NCBI RefSeq assembly: GCF_006345805.1 | Contig: NW_021836874.1 | Span: 1 to 37,512, forward strand | DNA: 37,512 bases | DNA from: Octopus sinensis | Taxonomy: Eukaryota | Direction: 5' to 3' | Part shown: positions 1-12,107 of the stretch, piece after piece | How the letters are laid out: each line of letters begins with the position of its first letter | Position numbering within the stretch: the stretch's first letter is position 1 | Program-made: the position numbers and the translations under genes | The notes under the pieces: model-generated | The model's input: the letters and a program-made list of their open reading frames with translations, nothing else | Told to the model about the DNA's origin: nothing | Databases searched by the model: none

Positions 1-425
1 AAGCTCAGAAAATATAAAGCCCTACTCATTGAAATTGAGAAAATGTGGCATCTCAAGGCGGTTACAATACCAGTGATCGTAGGAGCACTAGGAATGATCA
101 AGAAGGGAACCGAAAATTATATGAAATGATCCCTGGCTTACCACCCCTGCAAAAAGTGCAAAGATTGTCTTAAACTGGTACATCACACGTATTGAGAAGA
201 GCATTGTCGATGTGAAACTGTTGCTGCTCATGCATTTTAATTTAACTGAAAAAAAAAAAAAAAAAATGAACGAACTACTGAGTTGGTTTAATGGCCTACC
301 AATATACACTGAGTTTCTTTGCCCTAGGAGTCGGGAAACACTCGGCAAGAAATGGAAGAAAATTTGAAAGAAGAAAAAAAAAGTAATAATAATAATAATA
401 ATAATAAAAATAATAATAATAATAA

Positions 426-428
<3 letters not shown>
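1..428 (+). mobile_element. 3' end of an R4/Dong-type (RLE) non-LTR retrotransposon with 3' UTR and (TAA)n tail
   Basis: Frame 1 reads KLRKYKALLIEIEKMWHLKAVTIPVIVGALGMIKKG. After a frameshift it reads LQKVQKIVLTGTSHVLRRALSM*, the typical RLE C-terminus. A 3' UTR and (TAA)n at ~384-428 follow. Confidence 0.9.
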
Positions 429-470
<42 letters not shown>

Positions 471-845
471 GAAGGAGTAGAAGAAGTAGAAGAAGTAGAA
501 AAAGAAGAAAGAGGAGGAAAAGAAGAAGAAGTCGAAGAAGAGAAAGGAGAAAAAGAAGAATAAAAAGAAGAAGAAGAATACGATGAAGTAGAGGAGAAGA
601 AGGGGAAGAAGGACTAGGAGAATAAGAAAACGAAGAAGTAGAGAAGAAGAAGAGGGATAAGCAGAAGCAGAAGAAGAAGTAGAGAAAGAAGAAGAAGAAG
701 AAGAAGAAGAAGAAGAAGAAGAAGAAGAAGAAAAAAAAGAAGAAGAAGAAGAAGAAGAAGAAGAAGAAAAAGTAGTGGAAGTAGAGGAGAAGAAGTGGAA
801 GAGGTAGGAGAAATAGGAGGAGAAGAGGAAATGAGGAAGAAAAAC
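429..845. repeat. (GAA)n / degenerate purine-rich microsatellite
   Basis: Direct reading; explains the poly-Leu ORF 614..892. Confidence 0.95.
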
Positions 846-1298
846 AACAATAACAGGAACGACATTATATTATATTTCCAATGGGTAAACAAAAATTGAA
901 CTGATCTAGCAGCTATAGTTTTTGTTACAGGACATTCTCAGTCATATGTGAAAAAATTATATACATACTTGCGTGTGTGCGCGCGGCTGCGTGTATATAT
1001 TTAAATCTATATTACATTTACATTCACCCCACACATATACATATATGTATACAAATATTTATACACATACATGAAGCACACTGATACGCACATACACGTA
1101 TACAAACACACACACGCACAAAGACACATATCTATACGAATCTATCTATCTCTCTATCTATACATACATATACATGCATATATATGTAGCTATATATATA
1201 TTCATATAAATATGTGTGTATGTGTGTGTATACATGTCTGTATCTATTATGTGCATATACATATCTATGTATATGTACATATACATATATATATATAT

Positions 1299-1472
1299 GT
1301 AAAGTTAATCCAAACAAGAAAGCACAAAAAAACACAACAACGCGAGGACGTGGAACAAATATAGTATTCCTGGACGCTCAGGAAAGAAGGAAAGAAGGGG
1401 CTTTAACGTTTCGAGCGGAGCTCTTCGTCGGAAACATAGGAGAAGGAAAGATCCAGAGAAGGGAAGACAGAG
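1299..1472 (-). mobile_element. Short non-coding cassette carrying a hammerhead motif, inserted in (TA)n; probable Penelope-like pLTR fragment
   Basis: About 175 bp of complex sequence with (TA)n on both sides, containing the motif at 1402-1434. Confidence 0.6.
1402..1434 (-). ncRNA. Minimal type I hammerhead ribozyme motif (U4C variant)
   Basis: Minus strand reads TTT-CCGACGA-A-GAGC(TCC)GCTC-GAAA-CG-TT-AAA: 4-bp stem II, palindromic AACGTT in place of stem III, weak stem I. Confidence 0.6.
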
Positions 1473-1473
1473 G

Positions 1474-1534
<61 letters not shown>

Positions 1535-2108
1535 GTTTCTCTGTGTGTGTACATATATATTTATTTTATTTATATAGGCATACGTACATACATACATGTA
1601 TATATGTATATATGTATGTATGTATATATATATGTGTGTGTGTGTGTGTGGACGCAGTGTATATGTATATATATATGTAAGTATATATATATATAATATA
1701 TATATATATGTATATATATATAGTGGTGGTATTGGTAAACCAGTCTCCCTACTGTATATACACGGAATGAAGAGGAAGTTCACAATAAATGTTTAGTGAA
1801 GCGTGAGTCTAAGCTGTGTATACGTTTCTTTAAAGAATCTATATACATATTTGTCTAAACGGCAAAGAAGCATTTATGTGTGTGTGTGTGTGTCTGGATG
1901 GATATATGTATATACATAAAGTCGGCTCTACGTATGTTTTACATTGTTTATTTTCATTTTTCTTTTATGAAATTACAGTCGTGTACATATCGTTTTTCCT
2001 CATATTAATTTGTCGGTTTCTGTCGAAATAACGTTGTGAACAAAAAAAATAATAAATAAATAAAACCCGTAAGCCGTATATTCAAGGACGTAGATACATA
2101 CACACACA

Positions 2109-2170
<62 letters not shown>

Positions 2171-2217
2171 CCCACACACAAGCAGGCAAACATAATTATA
2201 TCTTTCTAAATTATCGC

Positions 2218-2248
<31 letters not shown>

Positions 2249-3279
2249 AATGAATATATCCACACATTATAATATATATGTATGTACACATGCATGCATG
2301 TATGTATATAGTCTTACACAAACGCATACACATACCTATCGAATATATTTTAAAATTATGTACGCATAAATGCATATTTTTATGTACGCATATATTTATA
2401 CAGAAACATACTCATAACCATACACGATTTTGAGAGTGAGCATGTGCATGGTTTTTGAATGTGACTATATATATAGTGTATATATATATACACTTATTTA
2501 AGAATAACTGAGTATGCGTCTCCTTCTGTTTATACACGACGTCTATGCTGTGTCAGCGCAGCGGCGATAAGCGTAAGCATATATGTGTACATGTATGTTG
2601 AAATCACTTTATATCCTTGTATAATGTCAGTTTTATTCTTATCGACGAATATTTTTAGCTTACTGACAACATTAAAAGGGAAAAGAAATCTACTGTTAAA
2701 TATATATATATATATATATATATAAGTATGTATATGTAAGTATGTTTGTGTGTGTCTATTTAGGAGTGTATGCCCACGTGTGCATTTATATTATTGTGTT
2801 TAACCAATTGTATCTTCTGAGCGAATCGTCGTGTGTGCGTGGCAATGTATATATATGTTTGTACATATTTATTTGTATCTGTGTATGTGATTTCAGCTCT
2901 AGAAAATTCTCCTCTAAATCTATTGCCAAAAAAATGAAAAAAAGAAAAAAATGAAAAAAACCCCCCAAAAAAACACCAGAAAAAAAAAAAACAGCAGAAA
3001 AAAAAAATGCGCAGGTGTTTGTGATGTCACCTGAAAGACCATTCAGAGGACATTCCGAAATCCTACTGAATTTAATTACATAGTAAACTCTTTTTTATTT
3101 TTATTTTATACTTTTACTTTTTTTTCTATATTTTTTATTACACCTAACAGCAGGTTTGAAGGGACGTGCGGCGACAACGAAAGACTAGGTGGATTATATT
3201 TTTCTTCTTGTTATCGTTGTTGATGCTGATCATCAAAGAAGGATATGATCTGAAAAAGAAGAGAACAAATGGAAAGATA

Positions 3280-3345
3280 TATAAGTACTGATATATATTA
3301 TATATTATATTATATATATATATATATATATATACATACATACTT

Positions 3346-3380
<35 letters not shown>

Positions 3381-3385
3381 CTTAC

Positions 3386-3430
<45 letters not shown>

Positions 3431-3629
3431 TTATGTATATATGTATATATATGCAATTAAATGTAGGAATGAATGAATGAAAAAATAGAAAGGAAAAAGT
3501 AAGGTACGTTACGAATGCGAATTATTCAAAGTAGTTGAGAGGAACGAGAAAACTTTCTTTTAACAGTGAAAAGAAGCCCGAGTAAGTGTTGTAGTGGGGC
3601 TTTATACATACACAGACACATACGCAGAT

Positions 3630-3679
<50 letters not shown>

Positions 3680-3898
3680 ATATATATATATATGTGTGTG
3701 TGTGTTCGAATATATGAATGTATATGTTACCATATATAAATATGTTTACATACAGGTGTATATATGTATATATATATATATATATATATACATATATATA
3801 TGCACACACACAAACATACATAGATACATATATATATATATACACACATACATATATATATATATATAATATACACATATATGAATATATATATATAC

Positions 3899-3949
<51 letters not shown>

Positions 3950-4070
3950 TAATATATATATATATAATAACATATATACATAATATATATATATATATTA
4001 TATATTTATATATATGTATATATATATGTATGGATATATCTACAATATATGTGTATATTTATGTACATAT

Positions 4071-4107
<37 letters not shown>

Positions 4108-4210
4108 TATATATATATTTATATATATATGTATATATATATGTATGGATATATCTATAATATATGTGTATATTTATGTACATATTATGTGTATAATATA
4201 TGTATTATTA

Positions 4211-4246
<36 letters not shown>

Positions 4247-4253
4247 TGTGTAC

Positions 4254-4302
<49 letters not shown>

Positions 4303-4320
4303 CAATATTATAAGCATACA
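3280..4320. repeat. Compound (TA)n/(CA)n microsatellite field with an internal ~115 bp duplication
   Basis: The block tatgtatggatatatcta.aatatatgtgtatatttatgtacatattatgtgtata occurs near 4025 and again near 4140. Confidence 0.9.
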
Positions 4321-5020
4321 TTTACATTTTTGTTACGCATTTAACGAAATAACAAAATATCCTGCGAATAATAAGCCTACAAAATAGAAAGCAAAACAGT
4401 TTTCTGCCAATGTGAATTAAACAAGATCTTCTAATTCAATCCCCATCAAGCGATACACACCAGTAGCTCCTAGGTTTCTAGTGGAAAATCCTTTTTTTTT
4501 ATATATATATTCAGAAAATGCTACATAAAAAACTCAACCAAAAAGATACATAAAATGAAAGCAAAAATAAAATGGATGCTTTCGTTTTCTTTTCGTTTTC
4601 CAACTTTCAAGGATGTTTAATACTATCATTGTTTGCTAAGTACATTGAAATATGAAATTAGCAACCAACTTTTCTATACACATTATATATTAGCACACGC
4701 CGCCTAGTCATTCTTTTTTACAATACTCACAGTTAATAATGTATGTGTGTGTGTGTAATATATATAATATGAGAGAGAGATATACGTACGCACGTACGTA
4801 TTCATATAACGGTATTTAGGTAAATATTCGCTTGCACAACGAAGTAATAGGCAGGATTTATTTACATTGAGTTGTACATAGATACAGTATACAATATTTT
4901 GTATAGAAAGCCCCTTTTTTCCCAATGTTCACTCGTTTCAATGCGACTATATTTACTTTGAGATTATGTGTGTATAAATGTATTGGATCTATCGATGTAT
5001 TTAAACGAACATTCGAGTAC

Positions 5021-5065
<45 letters not shown>

Positions 5066-5337
5066 ACATATATGTGTATGTGTGTGTGTGTACATATATG
5101 TACATATGTACATATATATATATACGTACATATATGTACATATAAATATACATATATATATACATTCATACATACAAACATATAGATGTATATATATTTG
5201 AAGCCTTCACGAAAACTACGTAAGTGTGAACAAATTTGGATACACCTGTGTATATTCTATGAATCGTTAGGTATTCAGTAAAAGACGGAACATTATTGCT
5301 GTTGTTGTTGTTATTATTGCTGTTATTATTATTAGGA

Positions 5338-5798
5338 AGTTAAGACTAGCCATCTGGAGTGATGGTGGGAAAGATATACCGTGTCATTCATCTGGGAGAT
5401 CTTGGAAGGACTCGTACCAGATTACGGCATTGAACGTCACTCAAACAGCAGAAAGAGGCGCCACTGCATAGTGCAAGATATCATCCCAACAGTGTCATCA
5501 AATTGCAGGACTTGATACTGGAAACAGCTTGGATTTCAAGGATTCACAGCGCTTCAGTTATCTCTCAAAACGCATGACAGATCTTCATAGTGTGGATGTA
5601 GGTATCTTCACGATATAACTGGATCTCCTCCTGTCAGTAGTTCCGGAAAAAACTTGCTTCGATGTATGAAATGGAAATGAGTGCAGCAACATCAAATTCC
5701 CTCAATCGTCAAATACCACATATCAGAGGAGGTTTCAATTAAAGTGTAGCACATCTAACGGCGGTGCCCCAGCATGGCCATAACACTCGAGCTGAAAG
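5338..5798 (+). mobile_element. Decayed 3' end of a CR1-like LINE with its 3' tail
   Basis: Translates ERYTVSFIWEILEGLVPDYGIERHSNSRKRRHCIV and later NSLD/GFK-like and LDLLLSVVP segments, matching the CR1-type C-terminus. Ends in ggcggtgccccagcatggcc...gctgaaa. Confidence 0.75.
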
Positions 5799-6122
5799 TA
5801 GAGCATAGCAGACCGGTCCTAGCAGTGGTGGACAAGATGCATTACGTATGCTATATAGTTGATGTTGCATGTCACTTTGACCCTCAAATAATCAAGAAGT
5901 TAGGCGAAAAGATAGATAAATACAACCCTCACAAGAACGAAATAACCCGGCTATGGAAAATGAAAAAAGTAAAGATAATACCAAATATTGTTGGGTCCTT
6001 GGGAACAGTATCAGAAGGCATCAAGGAGAATATAAAAGAAATTGAAATAGAGTGCCCAGTAGAGCTGTTACAAAAGGTTTGCCTCCTTGTCACGACCAGA
6101 ATAATCAGGAAAGTATCAAATT
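5799..6122 (+). mobile_element. R4/Dong RLE-domain fragment; inverted duplicate of 6770-7069
   Basis: HSRPVLAVVDK..CYIVDVAC.FD..EKIDKY..RLWKMKKVKIIPNIVGSLG..LLQKVCLL; near-identical to the reverse complement of 6770-7069. Confidence 0.9.
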
Positions 6123-6126
6123 GTAG

Positions 6127-6560
6127 TGACACTGGGGTACAATATACGAAACCTAGTATACCCATCATGATTACAGGTCTGATAAAGGTACACCAGGGAC
6201 CTGCATCACAACCAAATGTGCGCGACATGGTGATCACATATCAAGACAAACAGCACATGACCTTGCAAGTCGGGCCAAGTTAGAATTTTCTCCAGGTCTA
6301 GCAGCCCGTCCCGCTCAAATGTTCCTTGAATAACGGTTGGTTAAGGATGTTGAACAAAACACTCATGTTTCCAGAGGTGAATTATGCAAACTCCAAAAAG
6401 TTCCTCTCAACACATGGCTATGATCCTCCCCCACTACTTCTGCTCGTGATCAGAGATGCACATATCGTCAGCCATTGAGGGACATACTCAAATGGTTAAG
6501 GTCAAACAACTGACAAGTAAATCTGTACTATTGAGCAGAATATTTGTTATAGCCCATCTT
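6127..6560 (-). mobile_element. Non-coding TAA-associated interspersed repeat, copy 1 (truncated)
   Basis: Shares long blocks such as ccactacttctgctcgtgatcagagatgcacatatcgtcag with 33989-34543 and with the reverse complement of 10812-11305. Confidence 0.85.
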
Positions 6561-6576
6561 GCGTTGTTGCTGCTGC

Positions 6577-6607
<31 letters not shown>

Positions 6608-6608
6608 A

Positions 6609-6684
<76 letters not shown>

Positions 6685-6689
6685 TATTA

Positions 6690-8185
6690 TTTCTCTTTAT
6701 CACAAGTTTTGTTGGAACTCCTGGGCTTGCTACCTGCAGCCAACGGCACCATGCTATTCGTTCTGTTCAGCTATCTAATACTTTCCTGATTACTCTGGCT
6801 GAGTTCTACTGGGCACTCTATTTCTATTTCCTTTATATTCTCCTGGATGCCTTCTGATACTGTTCTCAAGGACCCAACAATATTTGGTAATATTTTTACT
6901 TTTTTCATTTTCCATAACCAGGCTATTTCCGACTTGAGAGGGTTGTATTTATCTATCTTTTCGCCTAACTTCTTGATTATTTGAGGGTCAAAGTGGCATG
7001 CAACATCAACTATATAGCATACACAATGCATCTTGTCCACCACTGCTAGGACCGGTCTGCTATGCTCTAGCGCCTGCTTGATTTGGATTGGGATATCTCA
7101 GAAGGTTTACCTAGTCACAGACACCACCATTCTCTTCGGCCTGTGCTTATACCTCTCTCCAGCCTCCACTTTCCGCAGTTTCTGATGTAGTACTTTCACT
7201 ACCTGATCGTGTCGCCACAAATTGTATTGGTTTTGGGTAAGTCTAAGTTTCATTAACACTATTGCAGATGCGGTGCAGCGGAGACATTTGCTCATTCCTC
7301 AGGTTGATCACTCTCAGTTCGTAGCAAAAGCTTGGTCTTGCACTGCCATTATAGTGCTCTCGGTCACTTTTTTTAGTCTTCCTTTCATCTGCCAATCCCA
7401 CCCAACTATTTCAGAAACTTCTGCAGTGGCTACATAGAATTGATTGTGTAGTTCCTTGTTGCGAAATTCTTCTTCCTGTCCTCATGGTATTTTGTTTTCC
7501 TATTTCCTCAGGTCTCAATACTCCTTCGTTCTTAACTGTCACTAGCAAGGTTTCCCTACTTTGGGCTAGGTATCTCATTAAACTCTCGAGTTCGATACGC
7601 ACACAGTCTTTCAAACGTATCAACCCTCTTCCATTTGTCTCTTCATGTATAGGCGATCAGTGTCTTGCAGTGGATGATGGGCTCCACGCATCGTTAGAAA
7701 CTTTCTTGACTTCCTGTCCATCTCATTTAGCGCCTCTTCTATCCACTTCAAAATTCCAGCACCATACCAAACTACAGCGATTGCGCGCGAGTTTATAGCC
7801 GAAATTTCGTTTTTGGCATTCAGTTTTGAAGCCAATACTTTACTCAATCTCTGCAGGTATACTATTTTTTTTCTTTTCTTTCATGTTAGATTTGATTCCA
7901 TCTGCCTCAAGTATTCCCTAATATTTATAGTTGAATTCACTTCATCATTGCACCACTTGTCAAACTTATGCCGTCTGTCTTGACAAGCTTTCCTTGTCTC
8001 TTCACCATCGTGATACATTTTGAGAGTCCAAGCTCCATCTTAATATCACTGGAGAAAATCTGCACTGACTGGAATAGGTTGTCCAGTTCTGCTTCAGTTT
8101 TTGTGAATAGCTTCAGGTCGTCCATGAATAGAAAGTGGTTCAGTTTTCCTTTACACCTTCCCAGATCATACCCCAACTTTATTTT
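6690..8185 (-). mobile_element. 5'-truncated, frameshifted R4/Dong LINE (RT C-terminus, RHD region, RLE, 3' UTR)
   Basis: NHFLFMDDLKLF, SAINSRAIAVVWYGAG, DRLYMKRQ, RHDQVVKVLH and RLE motifs in several frames; (TAA)n on both sides. Confidence 0.92.
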
Positions 8186-8215
8186 CTGTTATTATTATTA
8201 TTATTATTATTATTA

Positions 8216-8271
<56 letters not shown>

Positions 8272-8273
<2 letters not shown>

Positions 8274-8485
8274 TAGTTTTTATTTTTATAGTGTGCTTTC
8301 ACTTCACTACCGAGCGCAGCTCTGTGTGCCTTGGGTATGTGCTGTGATTTGTTGTGATGCTCTGATGGTTATTGTATGGAAAGTGTTCTGCGTAGGATGT
8401 GTGCAGTGCCTAGTAGTGCAATTTTCTGTATGTTATATGTGTTTGTAAGTCCTGGTGTTTTCTTATGTATTTGTCTGAATATTTT
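8272..8485 (-). mobile_element. Short 3' end of another R4/Dong family
   Basis: Minus strand reads KYSDKYIRKTPGLTNTYNIQKIALLGTAHILRRTLSIQ*, then a 3' UTR and (TAA)n. Confidence 0.88.
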
Positions 8486-8496
8486 TATTATTATTA

Positions 8497-8542
<46 letters not shown>

Positions 8543-8544
<2 letters not shown>

Positions 8545-9460
8545 GACGTCGCACAGTATACAATATCGTGAAGTTGTTGATTGAAGATACTGCGTCTCCT
8601 GTGAGTTTGTACCGTCTGTCGAGTGACAGCAATGACCTCAGACAGGCAGTACTTTACACAATATGCGTGCAGTTCCAAGTGATGCTAACTTATACAATAC
8701 ACATAGACTGTTAATTTCCCAGTACCGCCACGTCAATTATTAGGCACTCTCGTTTGTTCCTCCTAAAGGTTACTGTATCCGGCTTCGGTGCTCTAATACC
8801 TTGTTTATCTGGAAGTCAAAGTCCCAGAGGATGTTTGCCTTCCCCTTTTCATCCTTGGCCTTTTCCAGTGTATGTTGGTACCGAGCTCCCATAACCTCAT
8901 ACCCATGCTTACGACATAGTAGCCAGTGAATGTTTTGGGCAACCTTGTCGTGTCTACGCTTGAACTCTTTCTGCACAAGACTTTCACAAGCACTAACAAT
9001 GTGAATCATGCTTTCGACCCTCTTCTCGCATATTCTACAGAAGTCCGTCGCACTTGTGTAGTGTATATTCTTGTGTTGGTATTTAATGCCTGGTCCTGGG
9101 CAGCGACGATCAGGCTTTCAGTATTCTTTTTTACGTCAACATGTTAAGCCACCTCCATGATGCTCCATTGTCTTTTAATTTGTTGATCTCACGGAGAACT
9201 GACCATGTAATTCCATGTTGAGTAGGGTTCCTTCTCTCTCGTTGGCTGATCTTGATTGGAATTCATGAACACTCATGTTCAGTTTTGATAAATCCTTCTG
9301 CATTAGCAGTATACTGTAGGATATCTTTGCTGTTTACCAAATATTTTGCCATGATTCTTCTTTCACTGTTGATGCACTCCCGTACGCTAATTAGTCCACG
9401 TCCACCTTTACCCCTCTTCATATAGAGCCTATGTACATCCACTCGGTCATTGTCTTTGGG
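8543..9460 (-). mobile_element. 5'-truncated R4/Dong LINE with an internal deletion in the RLE region
   Basis: RLYMKRGKGGRGL, ESLIVAAQDQAL, HIVSAC..RRHDKVAQNIHW and KPD..CLIIDVAV, then a jump to LASLGTARILCKVLPV*, a 3' UTR and (TAA)n. Confidence 0.9.
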
Positions 9461-9461
9461 G

Positions 9462-9503
<42 letters not shown>

Positions 9504-9506
9504 TAA

Positions 9507-9618
9507 TAGACCCCGAAAGAATGAAAGGCAAAGTCGACCTCGGCGGAATTTGAACTTAGAACGAAATATCACAAAGTATTCCGGCCGGCGTGCTAACGCT
9601 TCTGCCAGCTCGCCACCT
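9507..9618 (-). mobile_element. tRNA-derived SINE family B, partial
   Basis: Contains gaccccgaaa.atgaaaggcaaagtcgacctcggcggaatttgaact (B-box on the minus strand), shared with 22646-23422. Confidence 0.8.
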
Positions 9619-9900
9619 CAAAATTGCAATGTTAATAGGCTACGAAACACATCAAGGATCTGTCGTAGCTAAAACAGTGATACAAAATATGTTTACCCAA
9701 ATGGGCGGGCGTTGTTCTATGAGAGTAAGTTTGCTTCCCAGCCACATGGCTCCGGCTTCGGTCTCACTGCGTGGCATGTTGGCCAAGTAGCTTCTACTAC
9801 AACCTCAGACGAACCAAAACCTATATACTGGGGGATCTCTTCCAGTTCGAACTGGGAAAGCCACTGTCTTCTCACGATAAAATTATTTTGGTTTAGAAGT

Positions 9901-9964
9901 CTTTGCTCCGTGGTAGGGAGCATGTCCAGATTTTGCTCCGTGGTAGGAAACATGTTCAGATTTT
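9901..9964. repeat. 30-bp tandem duplication
   Basis: tttgctccgtggtagggagcatgtccagat followed by tttgctccgtggtaggaaacatgttcagat. Confidence 0.9.
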
Positions 9965-10204
9965 ATGTATTCTTTTCCGGTATCCATTTTTGGTGTATAT
10001 AAATTTGTATACATACATACATTGATGCATACAGACAGACAGGCATACATACAACATACAGACAGACAGACATACACACATACATACATACATATATACA
10101 TGCATACATACATACATACATACATACGTACATATATATCTACACACACACACACATATATATGCACATGTATATATATACATACACACATCTGTGTGTA
10201 TGCG

Positions 10205-10425
10205 TGTGTGCTTTTGTGTCTGAGAGTCTGATAACCGGCGTTGGTGTGTTAACGTCCTCGTAACTTAGCAGCTCAACAAAAACGACTGTTAGAAAAAGTA
10301 CCAGGATTAAAAAAATAAATACAGGGATCAATAGGTTAGGCGAAAATACTTCAAGGCGGTGCCCCAGAGTGGCCGCATTCTAATGACTGGAACAAGTAGA
10401 AGGTAAGAGATGAAACATAAAAGAT
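10205..10425 (+). mobile_element. SINE family A, decayed 3' half
   Basis: ttggtgtgttaacgtcctcgtaacttagc...ggcggtgccccagagtggccgcattctaatgactggaacaagta matches 15230-15424. Confidence 0.75.
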
Positions 10426-10551
10426 AAATGATTAATAAATGTAAAACAATGGTCTCTGAAACTGTCGAATAATTCTTCACAATTTTAGTTAAATTACATT
10501 ACTTAGCAATGTAAAAACTTCTACTACAATATCTTGTGAGATAAAAAGCAA

Positions 10552-10625
<74 letters not shown>

Positions 10626-10731
10626 GATGAAAATAATATAATAATAATAATATTATAATATATAATAATAATAATAATAATAATATAATAATAATAAAAT
10701 AATGATAATATGAGATAATAATAATAATATG

Positions 10732-10765
<34 letters not shown>

Positions 10766-10773
10766 TAATAATA

Positions 10774-10810
<37 letters not shown>

Positions 10811-10811
10811 T

Positions 10812-11305
10812 GCTCTCATTGCTTCTCATCTTAACTGATTGGGAAGTGTTATCACGTACATTGTTTTGTCTTGGTATAAAAGATGGGCTACAGCAAATAT
10901 TCTGCTCAATACCACAGATTTGCTTGTCAGTTCTTTAACCTTAACCAGTTGACCATGTCCCTTAGTGTCTGACGATATGTGCATCTCTGATCACGAGCAG
11001 AAGTAGTGGGGAGCATCATAGTCAAGTGTTGAAAGGAATTCTTAGAGGTTTGGATAATTCCTCTTTGCAAGCACGGGTGGTTCGTTCAACATCCTTAAAC
11101 AATATTTATTCAGGGACCTTTTGAGCGGGATAGGCTACTCGACCAGAAGAAAATTCTAGAAGGTCATGTGCTGTTTATCTTCATATGAGATCACCATGTC
11201 GCGCACATATGGTTGTGATGCATGTGCCTGGTGTACCCTTATCAGACGGGTAGTCGTATATTTTACCCTAGTGTCATTTTGATAGCATGCACTGCTCTCA
11301 TTCAA
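10812..11305 (+). mobile_element. Non-coding TAA-associated interspersed repeat, copy 2
   Basis: (TAA)n on both sides (10550-10810 and 11305-11385); homologous to copies 1 and 3. Confidence 0.85.
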
Positions 11306-11310
11306 TAATG

Positions 11311-11364
<54 letters not shown>

Positions 11365-12009
11365 TAATAATAATAATAATAATAACATTTCTAGATGCAT
11401 AGAAATACTTTTATAAACCAAGACATAAGATTGCTTTATCTAAGATGGAATATATTTTGATCATAAATCACCACAAACAACATACTGCCTGAGGTTCTGT
11501 TAACGAATTGAAATAGTTTTCACAGCCACAATTTTATCTCCGGCTTTAATACAACGATATCATCGTGACTACTTCTGTTCCAACAGCAGCGAAAATCCGC
11601 TGCTCTTAGTCAACCTCTTCCAGCCGCCAGCCCATCTTTTTCTCTTGCTGCTTGTTCTCGCCAAGACTTAATAACTTATTCTCTTGATCTCTTATATCTT
11701 TTTGCAGAGATACAGTACCAGTTATTCATTTACGCATCGGTTTTATCGGAATACATATATAATTTGAGATTATACTGCTGGGAGGTGTTTAACCGGCTTG
11801 CGAAGAAAAGGCAAAAATGAATGCTGCTTGCAGGATTCCAGGACACTTGGCTGTTTGCCAAGTTCTTGGTCACGATTTTTAGAAATAAATTACCTCATCT
11901 CTGTCAACATGATACTAATATCAACTGGTTAAGTATTTATAAGGTTAAAAGATCAAACTTCGGTAATTTTAATGCAATTTAGCGATTTCATAAAATACTC
12001 AAATACAGT

Positions 12010-12061
12010 AAATATTATATATAATATGTATGTAATATGTATGTAATATTACATATGTATA

Positions 12062-12107
<46 letters not shown>

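Noticed and set aside
5774-6283. 169-aa ORF as a functional nuclease gene
   Set aside because: A chance fusion of the CR1 tail, an RLE fragment lacking the catalytic Asp and a non-coding repeat.
10968-11010. CTGACGA inside the TAA-associated element
   Set aside because: No correctly spaced GAAA or closing stems.
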